Numbered from the stretch's first letter, positions 34,101 to 42,558 are shown. The stretch: 42,633 bases of DNA from Enoplolaimus lenunculus (GCA_030248215.1 JASANG010000621.1:372001-414633), one strand, 5' to 3'. Notes: generated by a model from the sequence alone, not told the origin. Program-made: numbers and translations.

Positions 34101-37100
34101 AACAGATGAAATTTTTGGCCAATGTTACTTTTAGGCGCGTAACAGTAAGCGAATTCCTAACCCCTAAGCGTTGCAAAAATGTTTTCCTAAGCCTAACGCC
34201 TAATCCTAAGCCTAAGCCTAAGCCTATGCAAAAAAATGTAATCTAGAATCTAAACCTACTCTTTTATGGACCCACCAGAAACCTGGACGCCCCTTAAAGT
34301 AACATGGGCAAAATTTTTTATATTGCTGCACTTTGCGAAGGAATGCCAATCGTGCTCTGCATGCTTTGTATGATTTTTTCCAAATTATCCTACATTAACC
34401 GGACATCCGGATAATTAATTTTATTTGGTTTCCATTTATTAATATATTACAAGCCAAATCGTCAGACGACAAGCACAGAAATATACACTAATGGTTAAAA
34501 TTTTAAATTTTATCAAAATTTGGTTGTATTTTGCAGAAAAAACCAATGGCCATCTACACAGTCGCGGAATTTCAAACGACAATTATTATTACGGTAAAAC
34601 GGCGCCCGCCTACGATTCGCAGAAGCATCGTCCAAATGAGTTTGTGTACGATACGCACATTTCGTGCACTCCGTGCAACAGTAATCAGTCAACTCAAACT
34701 TATCCCAAATTGTCAAATGTTGAGCCAAAAACTAATCCTGAAAACGGTTTACTAAACTCAAATTTTTCGTCAAAACGATCAAAAGTTGCACTGAGCCATA
34801 CTGTCATTTACGCGTCGGCAGCGTTTGTGTTTGGCGTTTTGGTTTCAATGCCAGCTATCATTGCGTTACGAAAATCGAGAGGTAAAGTTAATTATTTTCG
34901 ACAAAGGTCGATAATGACTTTAGACAAGAGTATGCAACTGAGTACATTTTGTGTACCATATATAATGCATTCAGTGTGAGTTCCGCGTTTAACATTAAAT
35001 CTTGTTTTTGAAACAGCGATTTGTCCCAGTTGGCAACTGGACCATCCAGAACGTCCTTTTCCATTTAATATACCAGTCGTAGTGGGACTACATTTATTGA
35101 GCGAAGCTCGAGCGCACGTACGCAATTAAGGTAATATGCAAATTACTTGTTAGCTAACTATTCATTTATCGGTTTTGGAGGTTTGTAAGCAATTTCCTCA
35201 GATTTCTCGCACCCAAAAATCCTTCAGCCACCCTATAATTTTTGGAATAATTTAAAAAGTCTTAATTTTGTCTTGTCAATTAAGCTAATATGCAAATTAA
35301 ATATTAGCTAACTATTCAATTATCGGTTTTGGAGGTATGTAAGGAATTTCCTCAGATTCCTCGCACCCAAAAACCCTTCAGCCACTCTAATAATTTTTGG
35401 AATAATTTAAAGTCCTAGTTTTGTCTTGTCAATTAAGCTAATATGCAAATTAGCTATTAGCTAACTATTCAATTATCGGTTTTGAATGTTAGTAAACTAT
35501 TTATTCAAATTCCTCGCACCAAAAACCCTTTAGTGCTGAAATTATATTGCTTTTAATCTTAATCATTAGTGAAATATTGTAAAAAGTCCTAATTTAGGCT
35601 TATAAACTATGTCAATATGCAAATTATCTATTAGCTAACTGTTCAATTCTCGGTTTTGGAGGTTTGTAAACAGTCTACGCAGATTTCTCGCACCCAAAAA
35701 CCATTTAATGCTAAAATTAGATTGCTTCTAACTGTAATAATTAGTCAAATATTGTGGAAAGTCCTAATTTAGGCTTAATTAATTATGCAAATTAGCATGT
35801 AGCTAATAAACGGCATAAAATTTCAAAATCCCAATGCGAGGTTAACACCCCAGAATAATTGGCTTTCAAACAAAAAAAAGTTTATCAAAATCGGTTCAGC
35901 CGTTCCTGAGATTCTTTTCGGACGGACAGACGGACAGATGGACAGACGGACGGACGGACATCCACCTTTCGACCCCCAAGTACAAAACACCAGTCGTAGT
36001 TGGACTACATTTATTGAGTGAAGCTCGAACACACGTAAGCAATTAAGGTAATATGCAAATTAGTTATTGAGCGAAGCGAAACTCCGAGCGAAGCTCGGAG
36101 TTTCGCGAAGCGTTTTATGTTTTGTACTTGGGGGCCGAAAGGTGGATGTCCGTCCGTCCGTCTGTCCGTCTGTCCGTCTGTCTGTCTGTCCGTCTGTCCG
36201 TCCGAAAAGAATCTCAGGAACGGCTGAACTGATTTTGATAAACTTTTTATTGTTTGAAAGCCAATTATCCTGGGGTGTTAACCTCGCATTCGGGTTTCAA
36301 AATTGCAAGCTGTTTAGTAGCTACAGGCTAATTTGCATAATTAAATTAGCCTAAATTAGGACTTTCCATAATATTTCACTAATTATTACAGTTAGAAGCA
36401 ATCTAATTTTAGCATTAAAGGGTTTTTGGGTGCGAGGAATCTACGTAGACTCTTTACAAACCTCCAAACCCGATGATTGAGCAGTTAGCTAATAGATAAT
36501 TTGCATATTAGCATAGTTTATAAGCCTAAATTAGGACTTTTTACAATATCTCACTAATTATTAAGGTTAAAAGCAATACAATTTCAGCACTAAAGGGTTT
36601 TTAGGTGCATGGAATTTGAATAAATAGTTTACAAACATCCAAAACCGATAATTGAATAGTTAGCTAATACCTAATTTGCATATTAGCTTAATTAACAAGG
36701 CAAAACTATGACTTTTTAAAATATTTCAATAATTTTTAGGGTTCACTGAAGGTTTTTGGGTGCGAGGAATCTGAATAAATTGTTTACAAACCTCCAACGC
36801 CGGTAATTGAATAGTTAGCTAATAGTTAATTTGCATATTAGCTTAATTGACAAAACAAAATTAGGACTTTTTAAATTATTCCAAAAATTATACGGTGGCT
36901 GAAGGTTTTTTGGGTGCGAGGACTATGAGGAAATTGCTTACAAACCTCCAAAACCGATAAATGAATAGTTAGCTAATAACTAATTTGCATATTACCTTAA
37001 TTGCTTACGTGTGTTCGAGGTTCGCTCAATAAATGTAGTCCCACTACGACTGGTTAGCTAACTATTCATTTATCGGTCTTGGAGGTTTGCAAGCAATTTT

Positions 37101-38694
37101 CTCAGATTCCTTGCACCCAAAAACCCTCAGCCGCCCTAATAATTATTGGAATGATTTAAAAAGTCCTAATTTTGTCTCGTCAATTTAGCAAATATGCAAA
37201 TTATGTATTAGCTAACTATTAGACAATTGCTTTTAAAGGTCTTTAGACAATTTATTCAGATTCCTCGCACCAAAAAACCCATTATTGCTGAAATTAGATT
37301 GCTTGTAATCTTAACAATTAGTGAAAAATTGTAAAAACGCCTAATTTAGGCTTATCAATTATACTTATATGCAAATTATCTATTAGCTAACTACTCAATT
37401 ATCGGTTTTTCGGTTTTAGACGTTTGTAAACAATTTATTCAGATTCCTCGCACCAAAAAACTGTCAGTAAACCCTAATAATTATTGAAATAATTTAAAAA
37501 GTCCTAATTTTGTCTTGTCAATTAAGCTAGTATGCAAATTAGCTATGCGCTAACTATTCCATTATCGGTTTTGGAGGTTTGTAAACAATTTATTCAGATT
37601 CTTCGCACCCAAAAACCTTCAGTAAACCATGATATTTATTGAAATAATTTAAAAAGTCCTGGTTTTGTCTTGTCAATTAAGCTAATATGTAAATTAGCTG
37701 TTAGCTAAATATTCAACTATCGGTTTAGGATGTTTGTAAACAATTTATTTATATTCCTCGCACCTAAAAACCCGTTATTGCTGGAAGTATATTGCTTTTA
37801 ACCTTAATAATTAGTGAAATATTGTAAGAAGTCCAAATTTAGGCTTACAAACTATGCTAATATGCAAATTATCCATTAGCTAACTACTCAATTATCAGTT
37901 TTGGAGCTAAGAAACCCTTTAATACTGAAATTAGATTGCTTCTAACTGTAATAATTACTGAAATATTGTGGAAAGTCCTAATTTAGGCTTAATTAATTAT
38001 GCAAATTAGCCTGTAGCTAATAAACGGCTTAAAATTTTAAAACCCCAATGCGAGGTTAACACCGTAGGATAATTGGCTTTCAAACAAAAAAAGTTTATGA
38101 AAATCGGTTCAGCCGTTCCTGAGATTCTTTTCGGACGGACAGACGGACGGACGGACATCCACCTTTCGGCCCCCAAGTACAAAACATAAAACGCTTCGCG
38201 AAACTCCGAGCTTCGCTCGGAGTTTCGCTTCGCTCAATAAAGTAGATAGAATTTTAAACATTGGAATGCGCCGTTCACAATAATAAAATTCAGCCGGACC
38301 ACAAAAAGTGTCACATTTTGTGGCCCGGCCGAATTATATAATGTGAACCACGCATAAAATCAATACTGGTATGACAGCTCCGCTGGACTTATGTTACCAC
38401 GCCATTGGCCACAGACCTGGGAAAGCAATATATTTTATTTTAATTTCAGGTCCACGATCTTGTCCCATGAACGGGTCAACGTTAAGGTCGGCGATATCGG
38501 AGCCAAAAACATCAGAACATGATCCACTTCAACTCTCTTGTGAACCAGCAATGGCAGTCGGTGTACGTCAGTGCAGTCCACTGAATCAAGGGGGTACTAA
38601 CGAACATCCCCCGTCTACTGAATTCAGATTACCCGAACGCGATATCAAAAGGCTGAGCAGCAGAAACAGTATCACAGAGACGTCGAGCTTATAA
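22076..38694 (+). CDS. 12-exon gene for a ZP-domain type I membrane protein (~593 aa), betaglycan/endoglin (TGFBR3)-like ZP module
   Basis: Manually joined exons 22076-22166, 23291-23419, 24562-24695, 25468-25605, 28598-28667, 30689-30786, 31118-31247, 32026-32140, 32612-32762, 33630-33765, 34537-34881, 38450-38694. All are GT-AG with matching phases and total 1782 nt with no internal stop. ZP-N Cys: VHCHT, KSCHL, DVCNT, FQCTQ. ZP-C Cys: VMCYV, YGCSV, IHCNVTFC, RCPQTVAC. TM VIYASAAFVFGVLVSMPAIIAL followed by RKSR. Confidence 0.85.
22186..22440. mobile_element. CACTG/CMC-like MITE in ZP gene intron 1
   Basis: GACTGTAAATTCC...GAAATTTATAGTG|TA with GAGTT/AACTC repeats. Confidence 0.6.
23291..23419 (+). 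CDS. ZP gene exon 2 (ESSPDRNMKLKRSYLTFVGSYDRDDTHKYINGTLVGPSVNLLS)
   Basis: Acceptor TGCTTTTCAG, donor A|GTGAGT, open frame, phase 1 to 1. Confidence 0.65.
23516..23672. mobile_element. Merlin-like TTAGGC MITE (family A)
   Basis: GGCCCGAGTAAAGATCAGAGGCGGAAC...GTTCCGCCCCTGTTCTTGCCATTGGCC, perfect 8-bp TSD ACAACAAT. Confidence 0.85.
24562..24695 (+). CDS. ZP gene exon 3: start of ZP-N (MPPILRII...LISVHCHTRHMIVRVNKSMAKIIGINSGKD)
   Basis: Acceptor TTTTTCATAG, donor GTAAGT. The 'V-x-C-x4-M-x-V-x-V-x-K' pattern is the typical ZP-N opening strand. Phase 1 to 0. Confidence 0.85.
24775..25108. mobile_element. hAT-like MITE with a same-family copy (24816-24977) nested in inverted orientation
   Basis: The inner copy is flanked by ACTCCACT/ACTTCACT, and the outer halves are colinear with other family copies. 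Confidence 0.8.
25468..25605 (+). CDS. ZP gene exon 4: ZP-N core (IAVSSLNDKSCHLTRFDSTSFFTGILYDVCNTMTIKTERTISYQNY)
   Basis: Acceptor TTTACAG, donor GTAAGT. Shows the L-x-D-x-x-C ... C-x-T ... Y-x-N ZP-N signature. Phase 0 to 0. Confidence 0.88.
26996..27465. mobile_element. hAT-like MITE preceded by three ~100-bp tandem copies of its left part
   Basis: Repeat unit CAATGATGTGGGC(C/T)CGTAGCTAAGGG...TTGCGTGACACTCAG. Outer TSD CAATGATG/CAATGCTG. Confidence 0.8.
28598..28667 (+). CDS. ZP gene exon 5 (MLLKINRSHLIGASTNRSNNQKP)
   Basis: Acceptor TTTTTATAG, donor G|GTATTG. Phase 0 to 1 bridges exons 4 and 6. Confidence 0.65.
28706..28949. mobile_element. Merlin-like TTAGGC MITE (family A)
   Basis: GGTTAATGCAAAGAACAGGGGCG...CGCCCCTGATCTTTACATGGGCC, flanks CTGCGCAA/ATACGCAA. 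Confidence 0.8.
29320..29760 (+). mobile_element. Old degenerate copy of the Helentron/DINE-type element
   Basis: ATCTCAGGAAC..CTGAACTGATTTTGATAAACTTTTT.TGTTTGA matches 36211-36257. Boundaries are approximate. Confidence 0.6.
30270..30460. mobile_element. GGTATC-terminated MITE with short CCTAAG tract
   Basis: GGTATCTACGAGAATT / AATTGTCGTGATACC, flanks GTTACAAA/GTTACTTA. Confidence 0.7.
30689..30786 (+). CDS. ZP gene exon 6: end of ZP-N and linker (ECCDERLTVKQIFQCTQNISLFENEQIIANKMK)
   Basis: Acceptor TTTATTTCAG, donor AAG|GTTAGT. F-x-C is the last ZP-N cysteine. Phase 1 to 0. Confidence 0.8.
31118..31247 (+). CDS. ZP gene exon 7: ZP-C start (NQNKPVMEISYDAH...YNITSNKVIYAKFITKYT)
   Basis: Acceptor TATTTCAG, donor G|GTTAGT. 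M-E-x-x-Y internal-hydrophobic-patch-like strand and a V-I-Y strand. Phase 0 to 1. Confidence 0.82.
31506..31980. mobile_element. Long form of the CAGTGGCGGATCCA hAT-like MITE
   Basis: TSD GACATGAG/GACATTAG. Both ends are colinear with the 20023-20196 copy (inverted), with about 290 bp of extra internal sequence. Confidence 0.8.
32026..32140 (+). CDS. ZP gene exon 8 (GIYGPLTSDLHTIPVMCYVSNNSQGPSKLAKMQMIIDYG)
   Basis: Acceptor TTTACAG, donor GG|GTAATT. C-Y-V-S ... I-I-D-x-G-C ZP-C motif spans the junction. Phase 1 to 2. Confidence 0.85.
32612..32762 (+). CDS. ZP gene exon 9 (CSVNSGTRLTKNGFAFRPMRLSELYSTFYIHCNVTFCSKRGGRESEGLIR)
   Basis: Acceptor GCTTTTAG, donor AGG|GTAACG. F-x-F ... Y-I-H-C-x-V-x-x-C is the classic ZP-C signature. 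Phase 2 to 0. Confidence 0.88.
33145..33313. repeat. Short inverted-repeat element
   Basis: GCAGTGGGAAATTGAATTT / AAATTCAATTTCCCACTGC. Confidence 0.6.
33630..33765 (+). CDS. ZP gene exon 10 (CPQTVACSQGPKKLQPAIVSSHFFKRIQTNVLISVSKGRFHVTNS)
   Basis: Acceptor CTTTTTCAG. Supplies the last two ZP-C cysteines. The donor A|GTATTT is weak, so the 3' boundary is uncertain. Phase 0 to 1. Confidence 0.7.
34117..34310. mobile_element. Merlin-like TTAGGC MITE (family B)
   Basis: GGCCAATGTTACTTT...AAAGTAACATGGGCA, 8-bp TSD AAATTTTT. Confidence 0.82.
34537..34881 (+). CDS. ZP gene exon 11: juxtamembrane stalk and transmembrane helix
   Basis: Acceptor TTTTGCAG, donor G|GTAAAG. Part of ORF 34491..34979. Hydrophobic 22-mer followed by RKSR. 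Confidence 0.88.
35072..38240 (-). mobile_element. Head-to-tail dimer of a Helentron-associated (HINE/DINE-1-like) element (35072-35989 and 35989-38240, the latter interrupted)
   Basis: Each unit has the terminal hairpin GTAGT-GGG-ACTAC, a subterminal IR ATTGAGCGAAGC, ~154/174-bp central tandem repeats and a (GACG/GACA)n microsatellite. The second unit ends in the hairpin GCGAAACTCCGAGC-TTC-GCTCGGAGTTTCGC plus TTCGCTCAATAA. No TSD. Confidence 0.85.
36064..37054 (+). mobile_element. Complete HINE/DINE-1-like element nested in inverted orientation
   Basis: TTATTGAGCGAAGCGAAACTCC...(GTCC/GTCT)n...central repeats...TTCGCTCAATAAATGTAGTCCCACTACGACTGGT. The host sequence AAATTAGTTAT|TAGCTAAC is split without a TSD. 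Confidence 0.88.
38450..38694 (+). CDS. ZP gene exon 12: cytoplasmic tail ending ...SSRNSITETSSL*
   Basis: Acceptor TTTTAATTTCAG, in frame with exon 11 (G|GT), stop TAA. The terminal S-S-L fits a class I PDZ-binding consensus. Confidence 0.82.
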
Positions 38695-39913
38695 TTAAGG
38701 CTTGGATTTGTTCTTGCACTGATGAATATGTACGGGGGTATGGCTGTGATGAAAATATGAGGTCCACTCAGGAAGTAGGCACGTTGAAATGATGTTAAGC
38801 GGTGCACTGGAGCAAAAAATTAGTCGAAATTAGCAGTCGCTTACGTTAACGGCAAGTTTGGATATCAATTTTTACCGGAAGCGGATACATGGTTACTTTG
38901 TTGAACGCAGTTGAATATCATGCGTACAGATTAGCATTTTTTGTTATGTTTGCATTTTTGCAATTATACGCTTACATCTGCAATTATTTTTGTATATTTT
39001 CAGCCTGGTACCTTGTCAGATATTTTGTTTGACATAGCTGTAGTTTGTGATTGCTTCAAACTTTAAGCTTCCTATTTTGTACTGTATTTTTCTTAAACAT
39101 TCGGGCCCTTGTATACTTTCTCTGTAGTTAAAGGTTAGGATGGTTTTAAGTGTATTGTTTTTTCGAAAATGAAAAATATTTTTAGGTATAATAAATAACT
39201 TATTAACATTCATTTCCATGCCTCTATTAATGCCGTATTTTAAATCGTATACCTCTAAGGGTAATTGATTGGAGCCTTGTTTGAATGTTTGGAAGCATAA
39301 ATTTAGTGTGCGTTTAGTAATCGGTGGAGGGTTATGGCATGGGCTTAGGCGTAGGTCAACTTTTACCTAAGCCTATTGGCTTAGTAGTTGTTGACAACAC
39401 AAACGACAACCTTATACTGGTGTAACACACATATATGATGGTGCAACCGGAGGTGAAAATACCAGAGCTTGACCCGAAGCCGAAAGTAAACAAACTTGTC
39501 GGAGCTGAAGGCGAAGCCGGAAGTGAAGTGAAATTAGGAAGTTAAAATGATGCTTCATTTGTTAATTTTAGCAAATATCTGTAATATGTTGTTAAATCGT
39601 TTGGTTTTACACGTTTTTGTTGGAATCCAGACAATTCTTTGCTTAAAATTGTGCCAAAAGTTGAAACGAAATGTGTGTGTTTTGCGTTTATTAATATTTT
39701 TGTATATAACAACACTAAATAGTGAAATATGATTTACCCGTAAGAATGTACAGAAAAAATTATAGAAAATGGTCTAAACATCCATGATTTTGTAACGCAT
39801 AGGGTAGCGCCGAATTACTCAAGTACACATTTCAAGGTTTCGTTTTTAATTAATATTTGTCTCAGACAGCAGTCTGCAATATTTACAGAAATAAAAAATT
39901 GTCGAAGTTTTGA

Positions 39914-40167
39914 GGCTCATGTAAAGATCAGGGGCGGAAAGTTTTTCTGTGTGACGAAATTAAAGTAAACTTAAGCTTTAGACTATTTTTTTGCTTGGCT
40001 TAGGCTTAGGCTTTTTTAGGCTTAGGCTTAGTAATATGCCCATTCTTACGTTTAGGTTTAGGCTTTGTAGTATGCCCATTCTTACGTTTAGGTTTAGGCT
40101 TTACGCTTAGGCTTAGGCTTAGGAATATGCTTATAATACGTTTCCGCCCCTGTTCTTTACATTGGCC
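39914..40167. mobile_element. Merlin-like TTAGGC MITE (family A) between the two gene 3' ends
   Basis: GGCTCATGTAAAGATCAGGGGCGGAAA...TTTCCGCCCCTGTTCTTTACATTGGCC. Confidence 0.82.
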
Positions 40168-40597
40168 GTCTTTGAAGTAGGTCAGGCCCACACTCTTGCA
40201 GTGTGTGCCTTCTGTTTCTGGCTAAGCCATCTGTTCAATAAAAATTTGGGCCAACGTTTTAATAACTGTTTCATATTAAGGCTCATGTTCTTACATTTTA
40301 GGCTACATTTTTTGCTTAGGCTTAAGCTTAGAACTTGGAATATGCATAAAACGTTGGTCCAAATGAATAACCGCAATAATGTTTGTGTATGACTAATCCA
40401 TTGGAGATAGTTGAAGTAACTTTTCATTCGCCTGGTTGTGAGAGCTACGAAACATTGCTCATTTATGCCACCCAACTCTCCTACAATGTGAAACTCGAAA
40501 TTCAGATCTACAACATTCACAGTTCGCTATTTTCAGAACCTATTATACTTGTTAACTTGCAATAGGTGCTACACACATTTGAGAATAATGCTACCTC

Positions 40598-41327
40598 TCA
40601 CACGCTCTCGGTATGCAGAGCATGCACTCGGGAAAAAGTCGATGTTCGATGTAATTTCGAAAAGTTTCCAGCAATCTTTGCTGAAGTTCTAAGGACGACA
40701 GGGACTGTAAGGGTTTTCAATGACACAGAAGATTTTGATTTTTTCTTCGAACAAAATTTAGGCAGCTTCTGATTGGCTAAATTTGTCAATCGCGGATGAG
40801 TTATTGAGCGCAACGCGTTCTCATTCGCCATTATACAAATAGTATCGCATACTGCAGACGGTTTTCTATCCAATGGAAACGACAAACTGTTGTGGCACGA
40901 TTTACTTCCGTCTCCACGACTCAAGCGGTGTCGTCGGAAGGCCAATTGGATTTGATTTTGTGAACTTGAGCGATTTCGAAGAACCAATAAGCGTTGACGA
41001 TTTGGCTCGGAACAATTTCCGCCAGCCAATAGTGTTTGAGTCTGCGAACTTAAATTTATGTGATTAACCAGTGAACTTCCCGTATTCGGTGAGCTTGATT
41101 TTGATTGGTCTGCGACGGAGTCGTCGAATTTAGCATCCTTTGTTGTCGATTCATTAGTGACTGAAAAGCCAGGTTGTAGGATGTGTCCATTGGTTTGTGT
41201 GAAATGATTCGACGAAACAGCGTCGTTTACAGTCGTCGGTAGCAAATAGTGTTTACGTAAACGGTAATCAAAAATACAATTGCTCACTGCTGCATCGTTG
41301 CCTAAGCTTGAATGAAATGCACGTAGC
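40598..41327 (-). CDS. Terminal coding exon of an unidentified minus-strand gene (Ser/Asn-rich tail ending HTESV*)
   Basis: Minus-strand acceptor ATAAATGTTTCAG at 41328-41340. The 730-nt open frame contains ORF 40598..41287 and is in frame with the upstream exon (TC|G). Confidence 0.8.
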
Positions 41328-41850
41328 CTGAAACATTTATTTCGGTATAATATAATGCAAATTTCACAATATCATGCAAACACCAGAAGTGGAATGGGAT
41401 GGACATCAAAACTTCATTTTGGTTTCTTGCTTCAATATAGATATCTATGCAACATTGAAGTAGTAGAAACTGAACTTTATTAGCTTCGGTGTACTGTCTG
41501 TTGAAGCGATTTCAGGCTTCAGCAGGCAACACACCCAAGCCAATAAATACTGTGAATGAGACTGTGAAGCCAAAACACTTCAATAGACATCACACTAAAC
41601 AACAGACGTCTTATCGTTTTTTGGTTTCGGTGCGCTGCGCTGTCTACTGCAGTGTCAGCTGGTTCAAACAATATTCATAAAACATGTTGAAGCATTAACT
41701 TCAGTTTACTTTTATAGTTTAAATTGTGCTCTCTATGTTTATGAAGAAACTGTATGATAAAGGATGATAACTCACAACATTAAGAATTCAGTATTTCTTC
41801 CATCCAATTTATAGAACAGGGCCGTAACAGTAGTATAAGCATATTTTTAA

Positions 41851-42113
41851 GCCCTTCTCACATTGAGTTGCTTATAGGCAACTCAGCGCAGTGCATATAC
41901 GTTAAATAATATATATCGCACCGTGTTTAACAATTGCAACACGTATACATAGTACTAAATCACCACAAGACGTGAGATCCCTCTCGGGCTCCATCGTCAA
42001 GCTCCTATAGCTAAGTGGTGATGGTATACGCTTCCCACTCCAGTCACTGGAGTTCGAATCCTAGCGTAAAAGTAGGTCTCAGGGAAAATAGAAAATGTTC
42101 ATGTGAGAAAGGG
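41851..42113 (+). mobile_element. Full-length piggyBac-like MITE with tRNA-derived cassette (42001-~42070)
   Basis: TTAA|GCCCTTCTCACAT...ATGTGAGAAAGGG|TTAA. A-box TAGCTAAGTGG, B-box GAGTTCGAATCC. Confidence 0.85.
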
Positions 42114-42184
42114 TTAAGCAAAAGACAAGGCGTAAGAAGACCGTCGCCCCTGATCTTTTGGGTCCATGTTCCGTCTATACTTAC

Positions 42185-42322
42185 GATGTTTCTCTTCGAT
42201 TATAGCGATACAGCTTCAGCCCGGTGCTGGACATCGTTTGCCGTTCGTTACCATCCCACGTACTGTATTGTATTACTGAATTGCTTGACTTGTAGAATGA
42301 TACTGAGCCACGTAGAAATCGC
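42185..42322 (-). CDS. Penultimate exon of the minus-strand gene (RFLRGSVSFYKSSNSVIQYSTWDGNERQTMSSTGLKLYRYNRRETS)
   Basis: Minus-strand acceptor TTTCTTGTTTTCAG, donor GTAAGT, open frame, phase 2 to 2, joins exon 41327-40598 in frame. The gene presumably continues beyond the window. Confidence 0.78.
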
Positions 42323-42370
42323 CTGAAAACAAGAAACCAAAGATACAATGGTTTATGTTATCAAAACAGC

Positions 42371-42558
42371 GGCTCATGTTACTTTTAGGACCGTCCCAGT
42401 TTCTGGTGCGTCGGTAAAAGAGTAGACTTACATTCTAGACTGCATTTTTTGCTTCGACGTGGGCTTAGGCTGGCTCTAGGCTCAGAAATACACTTTTGCA
42501 ACGCTTAGGCTTATGGCACGCTTAATCTACTGTTACGGCTCTAAAAGTAACATTGGCC
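42371..42558. mobile_element. Merlin-like TTAGGC MITE (family B)
   Basis: GGCTCATGTTACTTTTAG...CTAAAAGTAACATTGGCC, TSD AAAACAGC/AAAACAGT. Confidence 0.82.

Noticed and set aside
40598..40612. Class I PDZ-binding motif at TESV
   Set aside because: The -2 residue is Glu, not Ser/Thr. At most it is a class III-like end, so it is not claimed.
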